DNA from: Thermoanaerobaculia bacterium
Lineage (GTDB): Bacteria; Acidobacteriota; Thermoanaerobaculia; UBA5066
Assembly: GCA_963816185.1 (NCBI GenBank)
Contig: CAWFJJ010000024.1
Coordinates: forward strand, 512,001 to 576,000
Length of the DNA stretch: 64,000 bases
Direction: 5' to 3'
Positions 30,545 to 41,366 of the stretch are shown piece by piece (positions within the stretch are counted from its first letter, which is position 1; each line of letters starts with the position of its first letter). A program made the position numbers and the translations under genes. The notes beneath the pieces are model-generated. The model was not told the origin of the DNA and searched no databases. It saw only the letters and a program-made list of their open reading frames with translations.

Positions 30545-30932
30545 GGATGTGTGGGTCGAAGCGGCGAAGCGCAGCGAGCCCCCTGCGGGGGGGAGGCGTC
30601 TTCGACGAGCGGGCACCATTGCGAGTGGTCGTTGAACGTGGCGACGAGCGACAGGACCACGGCAGGGTCGACCCCTCGCGGCAGGGCTTCTCGAACACGG
30701 CTCAGCGGTAGATCCCGGCGACTCCGTGGTAGCCTTTTGGAGCGGGAACACGGACCGAATACGGACAAATAGCGGGGGAGACGCGAAGGACCCCCGCCAA
30801 TCGGCACCGAAAGCCGGAAAGGTGGGCCTCCAGTCCCCCCCTTCCGCGCCAACCCCCTCTCCAGAATGCAGACTCTCGAAGAGCACCACGGGGGATTTTC
30901 TTAGAAGGTAAAGGGGGACGGCGCCCCGCAAA

Positions 30933-33272
30933 ATGAAGGACCTTGAATTGAACAGGAAGATCCTCGACGCGCTTCATCCGCGCGGCTCGAGAATCCTCGC
31001 ACTTTCGGACCTCGCGAATCGCGTGTTCGGAGCGGGTCCCGATCCCGCCCGCGAGAGCGCTCTCCGCGCCGCCGTGGCCGACCTGGAGCGCCGGGGCGAG
31101 ATCGTGCGCGTCAAGGGCGAGAAGCTGTCGCGCATCGAGTTCACGGACTTCCAGGCCGGCACGCTCGCGATCCGCGGGGAGGGCCGGGCCTTTCTTCTTT
31201 CCGGCGAGCCGGGAGTCCCCGACGTGCCCGTAACCGCCCTCGGCAGCGCGCTCGACGGCGATTTCGTCCTCGTTCGCGTCGAAAAGCCAAGAGCCGCCCC
31301 GAAGGCCCGAGCCAGGGATTCGCGCTCGCGCTTCGAGCCGCGCCCGACGGGCGTCGTCGTGAAAGTCCTCGTGCGACGCCGCGAGACCGTGGTCGGAAAG
31401 ATCGCCCGCTCTCCCGAGGGCACGTTCATCGTGCCTTTCGACCGCAAGATCGACGCGCGCCTGGCGGTGCCCGAGGGCAAGGACCTCGCGGCGCCCGCCG
31501 GCATCTTCGTCGAGGCCCGGCTCATCGCGTATCCCGACGACCGACGGCTCGCCCTCGCCGAGGTTCTCGAGCTGATCGGGTTCGAAGGAGACCCGGGCGT
31601 CGACGTCGAGGTCGTGGCCCGCAAGTGGGGCATCCCGCGGAAATATCCCGAGACGGTCGTCGCCGAGGCCGAAGCCGCAAGCGGCGCCGTGGGAGAGGAC
31701 GAGCGGAAGCTCCGCGCGGACTTCACGGGCCGCACGATCGTGACGATCGACGGCGAGACCGCGCGCGATTTCGACGACGCGATCGAGGCCGAGGAGCTGC
31801 CGGGCGGCGCCTTCCGGATCGGCATTCACATCGCGGACGTTTCGCACTACGTGCCGGTCGGCAGCGCCCTCGACGCCGAGGCCTTCGAGCGCGGGACCTC
31901 GGTCTATTTCCCGGACCGCGCGATCGCCATGCTCCCCGAGCGCCTCTCGAACGACCTCTGTTCCTTGCGCCCGGACGAGGAGCGCCGCACCGTCTCGGCG
32001 GTGCTCACGCTCGACAAGCACGGAGAGACGGTCAAGGCAGAATTCTTTCGCTCGTTGATTCGGAGTCGCGCAAGACTGACGTACACGCAGGTAGGAGGGT
32101 TGATCGAGGATTTCTTAGAAAGTGAAGAAGGAAACGCCTCTCGCAGCGCGGCGGCCGAGCCCTTGCCGCATTCACCTTCTAAGAAATCCCCGTTCTCTTC
32201 GGACGTTGCTTCCATGCTCCGCGTCGCGCAGAAGGCGTCGGGTCTTCTCCGAGCAAAAAGATCCCGCCGCGGCTCCCTCGACTTCGACCTGCCGGACGCG
32301 GACGTCATCCTCGGCGAAGGGGGAGACGTCGTCGAGATCATCCGGGCCGTGCGCAACGAGGCGCACCGCCTCATCGAGGAGTTCATGCTGGCCGCGAACG
32401 AGGCAGTCGCCAAGCACCTCGAGTTCGTCCCGACGCCGGCTCTCTACCGCGTGCATGACAGGCCGGACGAGAGCCGCCTCGCGGACCTGAGGGTCGTGCT
32501 CGGGCCGCTCGGCTACGACCTTCCCGAAGACGAGGAAGAGGTCACGCCCGCCACGTTCCAGACCATCCTCGACCAGGCGGCGGGAAAGCCCGAAGAGCGG
32601 TTCGTCTCGGATCTCGTCCTGCGCGCCCAGAAGAAAGCCATCTACTCCGAGGAGTGCCGCGGGCACTACGCGCTCGCGGCGAAGCACTACTGCCACTTCA
32701 CGTCGCCGATCAGGCGCTACCCGGACCTCCTCGTCCACCGGGCGCTCGTGGAGTGGCTCGCCATCCGCCGCCCGCCCGCCGCCGAGGAGGCGGAAGGGCG
32801 CACGCGCTGGTTCCACGAGGCGGCGGCGCACTGTTCGTCGCGCGAGAGGCGCGCCGAGTCGGCCGAGCGCGAGGCCGTGGCGTGGAAGAAGTTCGTCTTC
32901 CTGTCGTCGCGCGTGGGCGAGGAATTCTGGGCGTACGTCTCGGCGGTCGTGGGCTTCGGCCTCTTCGTCACGCTCGAGGACATCTACGTGGACGGCCTCG
33001 TGCCGATCTCGTCGCTCGAGGACGACTTCTATCGCTTCGAGGACGTCGAGCACCGTCTCGTGGGCTCCTCTTCGGGGCGCGTCTACCGGCTCGGGGACCG
33101 CCTCCGGGTGAAGCTCGTCAAGGCGGACGCGGAAAAGCGCGGCCTGGACTTCGTGCCTGTGGGCGACAGCGCCGGGCCGCGGCGAAAGAGCCGCGTCGAA
33201 GCCATCGAGCGGCAGCGACAGCAGCGCGGACGACGCCGGTCCCCCGCCCCACACGGCCGGGCGCGGCGATAG
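30933..33272 (+). CDS. rnr: Ribonuclease R
   Basis: TIDGETARDFDDA, HIADVSHYV, IEEFMLAANE, HFTSPIRRYPDL, S1 domain, basic tail. Confidence 0.96.
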   Translation: MKDLELNRKILDALHPRGSRILALSDLANRVFGAGPDPARESALRAAVADLERRGEIVRVKGEKLSRIEFTDFQAGTLAIRGEGRAFLLSGEPGVPDVPVTALGSALDGDFVLVRVEKPRAAPKARARDSRSRFEPRPTGVVVKVLVRRRETVVGKIARSPEGTFIVPFDRKIDARLAVPEGKDLAAPAGIFVEARLIAYPDDRRLALAEVLELIGFEGDPGVDVEVVARKWGIPRKYPETVVAEAEAASGAVGEDERKLRADFTGRTIVTIDGETARDFDDAIEAEELPGGAFRIGIHIADVSHYVPVGSALDAEAFERGTSVYFPDRAIAMLPERLSNDLCSLRPDEERRTVSAVLTLDKHGETVKAEFFRSLIRSRARLTYTQVGGLIEDFLESEEGNASRSAAAEPLPHSPSKKSPFSSDVASMLRVAQKASGLLRAKRSRRGSLDFDLPDADVILGEGGDVVEIIRAVRNEAHRLIEEFMLAANEAVAKHLEFVPTPALYRVHDRPDESRLADLRVVLGPLGYDLPEDEEEVTPATFQTILDQAAGKPEERFVSDLVLRAQKKAIYSEECRGHYALAAKHYCHFTSPIRRYPDLLVHRALVEWLAIRRPPAAEEAEGRTRWFHEAAAHCSSRERRAESAEREAVAWKKFVFLSSRVGEEFWAYVSAVVGFGLFVTLEDIYVDGLVPISSLEDDFYRFEDVEHRLVGSSSGRVYRLGDRLRVKLVKADAEKRGLDFVPVGDSAGPRRKSRVEAIERQRQQRGRRRSPAPHGRARR
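32108..32189. repeat. 19-bp inverted repeat forming an in-frame insert in rnr
   Basis: GGATTTCTTAGAAAGTGAA ... TTCACCTTCTAAGAAATCC (18/19). Confidence 0.9.
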
Positions 33273-34589
33273 GTGAGCGCCTTCAGGGTCGTCCTCGTCG
33301 GCCGCCCGAACGTCGGGAAATCGGCCCTCTTCAACCGGCTGGCGCGCGAGCGGCGGGCGCTCGTGCACGACCGACCGGGGATGACGCGCGACGCGCTCGA
33401 GATGACGGCGAAAACGCCGTCGGGCCGCCCGTACACGCTCGTGGACACGGGGGGGCTCGATCTGGACGCCGCGGGCGGCTTCGCCGCGTGGACGAGCGAC
33501 CGCGCGCTCGCGGCGGTGGCGGATGCCGACCTCATTCTCTTCGTCCTCGACGGGGTGGCCGGACGCCTTCCCGAGGACGAGCGCCTCGCCCGGCGGCTTC
33601 ATGCGCTCGGCAAGAAGGTCGTCGTGGCGTGGAACAAGTGCGACACGAAGACCGCGGCCGAGGCGCTTGCCGACGGCTTCGCGCTCGGCTTCCCGAAAGT
33701 CATCGGGGTCTCGGCGCTTCACGGCACGGGCGCGGACGAGCTTCTCGAGGCGATCGAAGAAGCCCTCCCGGCCGACCTCGACCCTGAGACGCGCAAGGCG
33801 CCTCTCCCGATCGCGATCGTGGGCCGGCCGAACGTCGGAAAGTCCTCTCTCGTGAACGCGCTCGTCGAAAAGGACCGTGTCATGGTGTCGGAGATCCCCG
33901 GCACGACGCGCGACTCCATCGACGTGCGCCTCTCGCGGGGCGGCCGCGAATACGTCTTTCTGGACACCGCGGGCATTCGCCGAAAAGGGAAGACGACCGA
34001 CTCTGCGGAGCTTCTCTCGATCGTCGCCGCCCGGAAGGCCATCGACCGGGCGCGCCTCGTCGTCATCGTGTTCGACGCCTCCGCCGGCATCACGTCGCAG
34101 GACGCCACGATCGCGGGTTATGCGGAAGAGGCGGGCCGCGGCGTCCTCCTCGTCGCGAACAAGTGGGATCTCGTCGAGAAGGACCGCGAGAGGACGGCGG
34201 AGCTCAAGCGCGACGCGGAGCGCCGGTTCATCTTCCTGCGCCGCGCCCCGTTCCTGCCGCTTTCGGCCACGACGGGAAAGGGCGTTCCGCGTCTCCTTCC
34301 CGAGGCCGACGCGCTCGCGAAACGGTTCGCGACGCGCATGTCGACGGGCGAGCTGAATCGCCTGCTGCAGAAATCGTTCGAGCGCGAGTCGCCCCGCTCG
34401 CGCTCGGGCCGGGACCTGAAGATCCGCTATGCCGTGCAGGTCGCCACCGAGCCTCCTCTCGTCCGGATCTTCGCCGACCGGACCGAGGCGCTTCACTTCT
34501 CGTTCGAGCGGTTCCTCCAGAACCGCATCCGGGAGAAGTGGAACCTGAACGGCGTGCCTCTCAAATTCGTGGTCAAAAAGGACGACTGA
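33273..34589 (+). CDS. der: Ribosome biogenesis GTPase Der
   Basis: Two G domains (GRPNVGKS twice, DTGG/DTAG, NKCD/NKWD) and a KH-like tail. Confidence 0.96.
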   Translation: MSAFRVVLVGRPNVGKSALFNRLARERRALVHDRPGMTRDALEMTAKTPSGRPYTLVDTGGLDLDAAGGFAAWTSDRALAAVADADLILFVLDGVAGRLPEDERLARRLHALGKKVVVAWNKCDTKTAAEALADGFALGFPKVIGVSALHGTGADELLEAIEEALPADLDPETRKAPLPIAIVGRPNVGKSSLVNALVEKDRVMVSEIPGTTRDSIDVRLSRGGREYVFLDTAGIRRKGKTTDSAELLSIVAARKAIDRARLVVIVFDASAGITSQDATIAGYAEEAGRGVLLVANKWDLVEKDRERTAELKRDAERRFIFLRRAPFLPLSATTGKGVPRLLPEADALAKRFATRMSTGELNRLLQKSFERESPRSRSGRDLKIRYAVQVATEPPLVRIFADRTEALHFSFERFLQNRIREKWNLNGVPLKFVVKKDD

Positions 34590-34644
34590 CCCTTCGGATC
34601 GGCCGATCGATGTGTTAAAAAGAGTGGGACGAAACACTGACGAA

Positions 34645-35193
34645 ATGGCCGAAACGACGAGCGAAAACGCCGAGGTCCGCTACAAGATCGGGGATGTCTG
34701 CCGCATCGCGGACGTGCAGCCGTACGTTCTCAGGTATTGGGAGTCCGAGTTTCCCGTCCTCGCGCCCGACCGCTCTGTTCCCGGCCCGCGCACGTACACC
34801 GCGCGCGAGCTGGATCTCATCGGGCAGATCAAGAGGCTTCTCTACGACGAGGGCTACACGATCGCGGGCGCCAAGAAGCGCCTCGAGAGCGATACCTCGG
34901 GGGCGAAGTCGCACGACACGAATCCGGCGATCATTCCGCTCGAGGACGTGAAGGACGAGAAGTCCGAGAAAGCGAAGCCGGGCCGGCCTTCCGAGAAGGT
35001 GCCGGTGCGTACGCGGCCTTCCTCGAAGCCTGCCATGCCGTTGTTCGTCGAAACCGCTCCCATGGCCGGCCCGGGCGCGCCTCCGGCGCCTTCCGGTGTC
35101 GGACCCGCGGAGGTCGAGGCCGCCCAAGCGCCGGACCCCCGGCTCGCGCAGGTCGTCGCGGAGCTCAAGGAGATCCTGAAGCTGGTTTCCTAG
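34645..35193 (+). CDS. MerR-family HTH regulator
   Basis: YKIGDV...VLRYWESEF...LLYDEGYTIAGAK; Pro-rich linker. Confidence 0.9.
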   Translation: MAETTSENAEVRYKIGDVCRIADVQPYVLRYWESEFPVLAPDRSVPGPRTYTARELDLIGQIKRLLYDEGYTIAGAKKRLESDTSGAKSHDTNPAIIPLEDVKDEKSEKAKPGRPSEKVPVRTRPSSKPAMPLFVETAPMAGPGAPPAPSGVGPAEVEAAQAPDPRLAQVVAELKEILKLVS

Positions 35194-35226
35194 TCGCGCG
35201 CCGATGAATACCGTGGCGATCGCTTC

Positions 35227-36015
35227 GTGATCGAGCCGCCCGATTCGGCCGGGACGCGGCGGGACCGCCCCGATACGTACGTGGCCCGCGCCCTGCTCGG
35301 AGCGGCCTTCGCTCTCGGAGGCTTCGGGCTCCTGCTCTTCGCCGGCTTCCTCTTCGCGGGCCACCTCCACCTCACCGACCTCGGCCTCGGCAGGACGGCG
35401 GCGCTCGGCTGGGACGCCTTGCTGAGTCTGGCCTTCTTCGCCCAGCACAGCGGCATGGTCAGACGAAGCTTCCAGCGCCGGCTCGCGACGGCGGTGGCCC
35501 CTCACCTCCATGCGGCTCTCTACGCCCTCGTGTCGGGCCTCGTTCTGATCGCCCTCGTCGCTTTCTGGCAGGTCTCGGGTGAGTCCTTGATCAGCCCGCC
35601 GGCTTCGCTTCACTGGCTGCTCCGCGCCCTCTTCGCCGCGGGCGTGGCGGGAATGGTCTGGGGGCTTCGAGCGGTGCCGTCATTCGACCCCTTCGGCCGG
35701 GGACCGATCCTCGCGGATCTCCGCGGCCGTGCAGCGCCGCGTGCCCCCTTCGTCGTCGAAGGGCCCTACCGCCTGGTCCGCCATCCGCTCTACGCCTCGA
35801 CTCTCGTCCTGATCTGGTCGTGTCCCGAGTTTTCCGCCGACCGTTTGCTGTTCGACGTTCTCTGGACCGCGTGGATCGTCGCCGGCACCCGACTCGAGGA
35901 GAGGGATCTGGTGGCCGAGTTCGGCGATGCCTATCGCGGCTATCAGAGACGCGTGCCCATGCTGCTGCCGAGATGGCCCAGACACGCGCAGCCGGCTCGG
36001 ACGGAACGACAGTGA
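35227..36015 (+). CDS. Isoprenylcysteine carboxyl-methyltransferase / MddA-like membrane methyltransferase
   Basis: FFAQHSGM, GPYRLVRHPLY, EERDLVAEFGDAYRGYQRRVPML. Confidence 0.85.
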   Translation: MIEPPDSAGTRRDRPDTYVARALLGAAFALGGFGLLLFAGFLFAGHLHLTDLGLGRTAALGWDALLSLAFFAQHSGMVRRSFQRRLATAVAPHLHAALYALVSGLVLIALVAFWQVSGESLISPPASLHWLLRALFAAGVAGMVWGLRAVPSFDPFGRGPILADLRGRAAPRAPFVVEGPYRLVRHPLYASTLVLIWSCPEFSADRLLFDVLWTAWIVAGTRLEERDLVAEFGDAYRGYQRRVPMLLPRWPRHAQPARTERQ

Positions 36016-36093
36016 CGGTCACACCTCGTGCTTCACGGCATGGTATAAACCACTACCCCCGAAGGGCTTCTGCTCTTCGATGTTGTCCTCGGT

Positions 36094-36170
36094 CGGGACG
36101 TGGCGCAGCCTGGTAGCGTACTTGAATGGGGTTCAAGGGGTCGCGGGTTCGAATCCCGCCGTCCCGACCA
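36094..36170 (+). tRNA. tRNA-Pro(GGG)
   Basis: CGGGACG/CGTCCCG+ACCA, anticodon arm CTTGA-ATGGGGT-TCAAG, GTTCGAATC. Confidence 0.97.
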
Positions 36171-36189
36171 TTTCGGAGAACGGACCGCG

Positions 36190-36420
36190 ATGAAGGGAAC
36201 ACTCTCTAGTTCCACGGATTCCGCTTGGATCTATCGCCTCGACGACGGCAGCGTCCGCTCTTGGGCCCCGGCCTACATCTGCGACAAGGTACTCGGGAGA
36301 TTGCAGGGGTTGACGGCGAAGGTAACGATCGACTTCAGCGGCGTGTTCGTCCAGTCGGGGCCGCCGCGTGAACTGTATTTCCTCCCTGAAGATCTAGCGG
36401 TCGGCGTGCCGGTCGGATAA
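36190..36420 (+). CDS. Small hypothetical protein (76 aa)
   Basis: ATG 20 nt after the tRNA with GGAG upstream; no recognisable motif. Confidence 0.45.
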   Translation: MKGTLSSSTDSAWIYRLDDGSVRSWAPAYICDKVLGRLQGLTAKVTIDFSGVFVQSGPPRELYFLPEDLAVGVPVG

Positions 36421-36508
36421 CAGGCCTTTGAGCGCTTTGAAATGGAAGCCGGGGAGGCGATTCATACCCCTCTAGACTAAAGGAAAACGGCCGCGGACGG
36501 AGGCGACC

Positions 36509-36985
36509 ATGTGGAACGTCGAGGTCCTTACGCAGAGTACGGCGGCGATTTGCTGGGAGGCGTGCGCACGGATGATGTGGTACTGGAGGCACGCCTCCGA
36601 GTCTGCCGACGACCGGCGCGCTTCGTACCTCAGGAAGGCGGGCCAGTTCGCGACGCTGAACCGAGGAATGCAGGAGCCGGAGATGAACATCTTTTACACG
36701 CAGCTCGAAATGCGCTCGAACCGGAGCGCCGGCGCGTCGGCTCTTCGCACCGCTTTGACGACCAGCCCGGTCGTTCTCGTCCTCGGGCGCCACGAAACAC
36801 GGCACGCCTGCCTCTGCGCGGGGTTCACGCCGGGGCGCCGGCCCACGTACCGGATCGTCAATCCCTGCTCCTCCCTGGCGATCGACTTCGTGACGGACAG
36901 CGAGGTCTGCACGGCGAGCGGGACGTCGGACATCGGGGCGCGAAATGTCGAGTCGCGAATGGGCAGCTGGATCTGGTTCTGGTGA
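36509..36985 (+). CDS. Papain-fold cysteine protease-like protein (C39/C70-like)
   Basis: GGAGG RBS; QSTAAICW (QxxxxxCW), HACLCAG, IVNP. Confidence 0.7.
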   Translation: MWNVEVLTQSTAAICWEACARMMWYWRHASESADDRRASYLRKAGQFATLNRGMQEPEMNIFYTQLEMRSNRSAGASALRTALTTSPVVLVLGRHETRHACLCAGFTPGRRPTYRIVNPCSSLAIDFVTDSEVCTASGTSDIGARNVESRMGSWIWFW

Positions 36986-37022
36986 TGCTCGCCGAGCGCA
37001 GATATCGCCCGGAGGGCGGGCC

Positions 37023-39524
37023 TCAGCCCTCGAACCTCACGGGCACGGGCGCCACCCGCCAGATCTCCTCGGCGTACTCGCGCACGGCTCGGTCGGATGA
37101 GAACGGGCCCATGGCGGCGACGTTCAGGATCGACATCCGCGTCCAGAGATCCGTTCCGAAGACCTTCGCCGCGCGATCCTGCGTCGAGACGTAGGACGCG
37201 AAGTCGGCGCAGTTGAAAAAGCGGTCCCGCCCGAGCAGCTCGTCCACGATCGGAAGGAAGACCCCTTCCTCCGGCCCGGAGAGGCCCGGAATCTCGGCGA
37301 TCGCGCGCTCGAGCTCGGCGCTCGCGGCCACGTGGCGCTTCGGATCGTCGCGCGCCCTCCGGAGCGCCGCGATCTCGTCGGCCTTCTTCCCAAAGATGAA
37401 GATGTTCTCCGGCCCGACGGCTTCGAGGATTTCGATGTTCGCGCCGTCGAGAGTCCCGATCGTGACGCCGCCGTTCAGCGCCGCCTTCATGTTGCCGGTG
37501 CCCGAAGCCTCGTATCCGGCCGTCGAGATCTGCTCGGAGAGATCCCCGGCAGGGAAGATCTTCTCGGCGCACGAGACCCCGTAGTTCGGGAAGAAGAAGA
37601 CCGAGAGCTTCCGCCTCATGGCGGGGTCGCTGTTGACGGCCTCGGCCACGGCGCTGAGGAAGCGGATCACGAGCTTGGCCATCGCGTAGCCCGGCGCCGC
37701 CTTGCCCGCGAAGAGGACGGTTCGCGGGGGCCCGGCGTCCACGCCGTCCCGGATCCTCCGGCGGAGGGCGAGCACGTGGAGGGCGTTCAGAACCTGGCGC
37801 TTGTATTCGTGGATTCTCTTGACCTGCACATCGAGCATCGCGTCCGGGTCGAAGACGAACCCGTGGAGGCGGCTGCAGATGCCGGACAGCTGCGCCTTGT
37901 TCGCGCGCTTGACCGCCGTCCAGCGCTCCCGGAAGGACGAGTCCTCCGAAACGGTCCGGAGCCTCGCGAGCTCGTCGAGGTTCGTGATCCATTTCTCGCC
38001 GATCGCCTCCGTGATCAGGGAGGCGAGGCCGGGGTTGCACTTCAGGAGCCACCGGCGCGGCGTGACGCCGTTCGTCTTGTTCTGGAAGCGACCCGGGAAG
38101 AGCTCGTGGAAGTCGCGGAAGGTGTCGGTCTTGAGGATCTCCGTGTGGATCTTCGACACGCCGTTGACGGCGTGGCTCCCGACGATCGCGAGGTGGGACA
38201 TGCGGACGACGCCGCCGTTCTCGCCGCCGAGGATGGCCGTTCGCTCGACTCTCTCCTCGTCGCCGGGGAAGCGGTCGCGGGCGCGCGCGCGGAACCGGCG
38301 GTCGATCTCCTCGATGATCTGGAGGTGCCGAGGGAGGAGCTTGCGGAAGATCGCCACGGGCCACGCCTCGAGAGCCTCCGGCAGGACGGTGTGGTTCGTG
38401 AAGGCGAACACGGCCTGGGTGATTTCCCACGCGCGTTCCCAGTCGAGCTTCTCCCGGTCGACGAGCAGGCGCATGAGGCCCGGGATCGCGACGGCCGGGT
38501 GCGTGTCGTTGAGCTGGATCGCGACCTTGTCTGGAAGCTCCTCCCAGCGGCGGTCCTGCTTCTTGAATCGCCGGAGCACATCCTGGAGCGTCGCCGACAC
38601 GAAGAAGTACTGCTGCTTGAGGCGCAGCTCCTTGCCCGCAAGCTGGTCGTCCGGCGGGTAGAGAACCTTCGAGATGTTCTCGCTCCGCGTCTTGTTCTCG
38701 ACGGCGTGGACGTAGTCGCCGGCGTTGAACGTCGCGAGGTCGAACTCGCGCGTCGAGCGTGCGGACCACAGGCGCAAGGAGTTCACGGTGTCGTTCCGGT
38801 AACCCGGCACGGGCACGTCGTAAGCCATCGCGTAGACGTCCTCGGTGTCCACCCAGTCCGCCCGGACGTCGCCCGCCTCGTCCCGGAACGTGATCGTGCG
38901 CCCGTAGAGCTGGATCGGGATCAGGGAGTCGGGCCGAGGGATCTCCCAGGGATTCCCGTACCGGAGCCAGTTGTCCGGCGCCTCGACCTGCTGCCCGTCT
39001 CGGATGCGCTGGCGGAAGATTCCGTACTCGTAGCGGATGCCGTAGCCGAAGAACGGAAGGGCGAGCGCCGAAGCCGAGTCGATGAAGCAGGCGGCGAGGC
39101 GGCCGAGGCCGCCGTTCCCGAGAGCGGGGTCGACCTCCCGCTCCGCGATGTTGGCGAGGTCGTAGCCGAGTTTCTCGATCGCCCGGGCGTACGCGGGATG
39201 AGCGCCGAGGCTGAGGATGTTGTTCAGGAGGAGCCGGCCCGGCAGGAACTCCATCGAGAGGTAGTACACGCGCTTGGCGTCCGAGCGGTAGTAGGCGTCC
39301 TGGGTCAGGAACCAGCGTTCCATGAGGCGGTCCCGGACCGCGTGGGCGAGCGCATGGTAGATGTCGAGCTCGGCGGCCGTGAACTCGTCCTTGGCCACCG
39401 CGTACATCATGTTCTCCGCGAAGGACTCCACGATCCCGGGCACGTCGAGATGTCCGGACACGGGCTTCGGAATTCGCCGTGGCGACGGGCTCCCGGGGTC
39501 GCTGGGGTCGGCTTCGTGGTCCAT
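37023..39524 (-). CDS. glgP: Glycogen/starch phosphorylase
   Basis: [38 protein letters not shown]. Confidence 0.97.
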   Translation of the reverse strand: MDHEADPSDPGSPSPRRIPKPVSGHLDVPGIVESFAENMMYAVAKDEFTAAELDIYHALAHAVRDRLMERWFLTQDAYYRSDAKRVYYLSMEFLPGRLLLNNILSLGAHPAYARAIEKLGYDLANIAEREVDPALGNGGLGRLAACFIDSASALALPFFGYGIRYEYGIFRQRIRDGQQVEAPDNWLRYGNPWEIPRPDSLIPIQLYGRTITFRDEAGDVRADWVDTEDVYAMAYDVPVPGYRNDTVNSLRLWSARSTREFDLATFNAGDYVHAVENKTRSENISKVLYPPDDQLAGKELRLKQQYFFVSATLQDVLRRFKKQDRRWEELPDKVAIQLNDTHPAVAIPGLMRLLVDREKLDWERAWEITQAVFAFTNHTVLPEALEAWPVAIFRKLLPRHLQIIEEIDRRFRARARDRFPGDEERVERTAILGGENGGVVRMSHLAIVGSHAVNGVSKIHTEILKTDTFRDFHELFPGRFQNKTNGVTPRRWLLKCNPGLASLITEAIGEKWITNLDELARLRTVSEDSSFRERWTAVKRANKAQLSGICSRLHGFVFDPDAMLDVQVKRIHEYKRQVLNALHVLALRRRIRDGVDAGPPRTVLFAGKAAPGYAMAKLVIRFLSAVAEAVNSDPAMRRKLSVFFFPNYGVSCAEKIFPAGDLSEQISTAGYEASGTGNMKAALNGGVTIGTLDGANIEILEAVGPENIFIFGKKADEIAALRRARDDPKRHVAASAELERAIAEIPGLSGPEEGVFLPIVDELLGRDRFFNCADFASYVSTQDRAAKVFGTDLWTRMSILNVAAMGPFSSDRAVREYAEEIWRVAPVPVRFEG

Positions 39525-39635
39525 GCCCGGGATTCTAGGAGCGCGGGTTCACCCGCGCTCGGACAGGATCGTCCCGCTCAACAGGCGTTCGCCGCGCGTA
39601 AGATGTCGGGTTGCCTACGAACGGAGAGGACGAAC

Positions 39636-40781
39636 ATGATCGATTTTTCGCTGACCGAAGAGCAGGTTCAGCTCCAGGAGCTGGCCCGAAAATTCGCCAA
39701 GGAAGAGATCAGCCCGAAGGCGGCCTACCACGATCAGACAGGCGAGTTCCCGCGCGAGATCGTGCGGAAAGCCTGGGAGATCGGGCTGATGAACACGCAC
39801 GTCCCCGCCGAGTACGGCGGTCTGGGGCTCGGCGTCCTGGACGGCTGCCTCATCACCGAGGAGCTCGCCTACGGCTGCACGGGGATCGCGACCGCGATGG
39901 AGGCGAACGGCCTCGCCGCGGCGCCCGTCATCGTGGCCGGCAACGAGGATCAGAAGAAAGAGTTCCTCGGCGGGCTGACGAGGGAATTCCTCCTCGCCGC
40001 CTACTGCGTGACCGAGCCGGGAGCCGGCTCCGACGTGGCCGGCATCAGGACCATTGCGAAGCGGGTCGGCGACGACTACGTGATCAACGGCGAGAAGATG
40101 TGGATCACGAATGCCAGCGTCGCGAGCTGGTACTTCCTTCTCGCGTACACGGACCCCGCCGCCAAGCACCGGGGAATGTCGGGCTTCATCGTCCCGAGAG
40201 AGACACCGGGCATCACCGTGGGAAAGAAGGAGAAGAACCTCGGGCAGCGCGCCAGCGACACGCGGGCGATCACGTTCGAGGACGTGAAGATCCCGGCGAA
40301 GTACCTCCTCGGCAAGGAAGGCGACGGCTTCAAGATCGCGATGAGCGCCTTCGACCACACGCGCCCGACCGTCTCGTCGGGGGCCGTGGGCCTGGCCCGC
40401 CGCGCCATGGACGAAGCCGTCAAGTACGCGACGGAGCGGTCGACGTTCGGCCAGCCGATCGCGAAGTACCAGGCCGTGAGCTTCATGATCGCGGACATGG
40501 CCAAGGACGTGGAGGCGGCGCGGCTGCTCGTCTGGCAGGCGGCCTGGACGATCGACAACGGCCGCCGCAACACGAAGCTGGCCGCCATCGGCAAGGCGTT
40601 CGCGGCCGACGTCGCGATGCGCGTCACGACGGACGCCGTCCAGGTCTTCGGCGGATACGGTTACTCGCAGGAATACCCGGTCGAGAAGCTGATGCGCGAC
40701 GCCAAGATCTACCAGATCTACGAAGGGACGAGCCAGATCCAGCGCCTCATCATCGCCAAGGAGATCTTCGATCGGCGGTGA
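39636..40781 (+). CDS. Acyl-CoA dehydrogenase (medium-chain-like)
   Basis: [37 protein letters not shown]. Confidence 0.95.
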   Translation: MIDFSLTEEQVQLQELARKFAKEEISPKAAYHDQTGEFPREIVRKAWEIGLMNTHVPAEYGGLGLGVLDGCLITEELAYGCTGIATAMEANGLAAAPVIVAGNEDQKKEFLGGLTREFLLAAYCVTEPGAGSDVAGIRTIAKRVGDDYVINGEKMWITNASVASWYFLLAYTDPAAKHRGMSGFIVPRETPGITVGKKEKNLGQRASDTRAITFEDVKIPAKYLLGKEGDGFKIAMSAFDHTRPTVSSGAVGLARRAMDEAVKYATERSTFGQPIAKYQAVSFMIADMAKDVEAARLLVWQAAWTIDNGRRNTKLAAIGKAFAADVAMRVTTDAVQVFGGYGYSQEYPVEKLMRDAKIYQIYEGTSQIQRLIIAKEIFDRR

Positions 40782-40793
40782 GAGCCGTCGTCT

Positions 40794-41264
40794 TCAGCGT
40801 TCCCGAAAGACTCGGGCCGTCGTGCGGCGCATCCGAAGCATCGGAGACGCGAAGGGGCGAACGGAGGGGCGAACGGCGGGCCGCGCCATGGGCCTCGGTG
40901 CGGCGGGATGCCCGGCCGAGTGCCTGTGGTGGCGGCCGAACGTCGGTTGGCCCCCGGACCACCCCGGGAGGTAGCTCGGAACGTAGACCGGAGCCTCGGC
41001 GACGACTTCAGGCTCGGGCTCTGTCGTCTCAGGCTCTGGCTCGTAAATCGGGACGAAGACGTCGAGTCTCTGCGGCACCGTGCTTTCGAACGCCGAGAAG
41101 CCTCCGACCGCCTTCCTGCCTTTGCGGAGCTCACGCGCGACGTCCGACAGGCTGCGCGGTGCGGCGCTGACGGGCGGTCTGTCGTTGTCGCCCGAGAGGA
41201 TCAGCGAGACCGTGGGTGGCGGAGCGGCTTCGATCGCTGCAAGAAGGGCGAGGGCCATCAGCAT
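40794..41264 (-). CDS. Hypothetical secreted Pro-rich protein
   Basis: AGGAGG RBS, hydrophobic N-terminus. Confidence 0.6.
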   Translation of the reverse strand: MLMALALLAAIEAAPPPTVSLILSGDNDRPPVSAAPRSLSDVARELRKGRKAVGGFSAFESTVPQRLDVFVPIYEPEPETTEPEPEVVAEAPVYVPSYLPGWSGGQPTFGRHHRHSAGHPAAPRPMARPAVRPSVRPFASPMLRMRRTTARVFRER

Positions 41265-41366
41265 GAGAGGCCCCTCCTACCCATGAGCATAGAGCGCCGA
41301 GATCTCCGCCGCCAGAGAGAATCAGGTCAGGTCTGTGTTCGCCGACCCGTCAAAGGTGCTCGCGGC

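Noticed and set aside
39539-39560. Perfect 10-bp palindrome between divergent glgP and acyl-CoA dehydrogenase
   Set aside because: Single GC-rich instance with no assignable regulator
37332-39635. Apparent 1149-aa ORF fusing a long N-terminus to acyl-CoA dehydrogenase
   Set aside because: The extension is the stop-free antisense shadow of glgP; the real start is ATG 39636 with an RBS
40853-40876. Short tandem repeat AGGGGCGAACGG twice
   Set aside because: Two units encoding a PSVR/PFA stretch in a disordered tail; unremarkable
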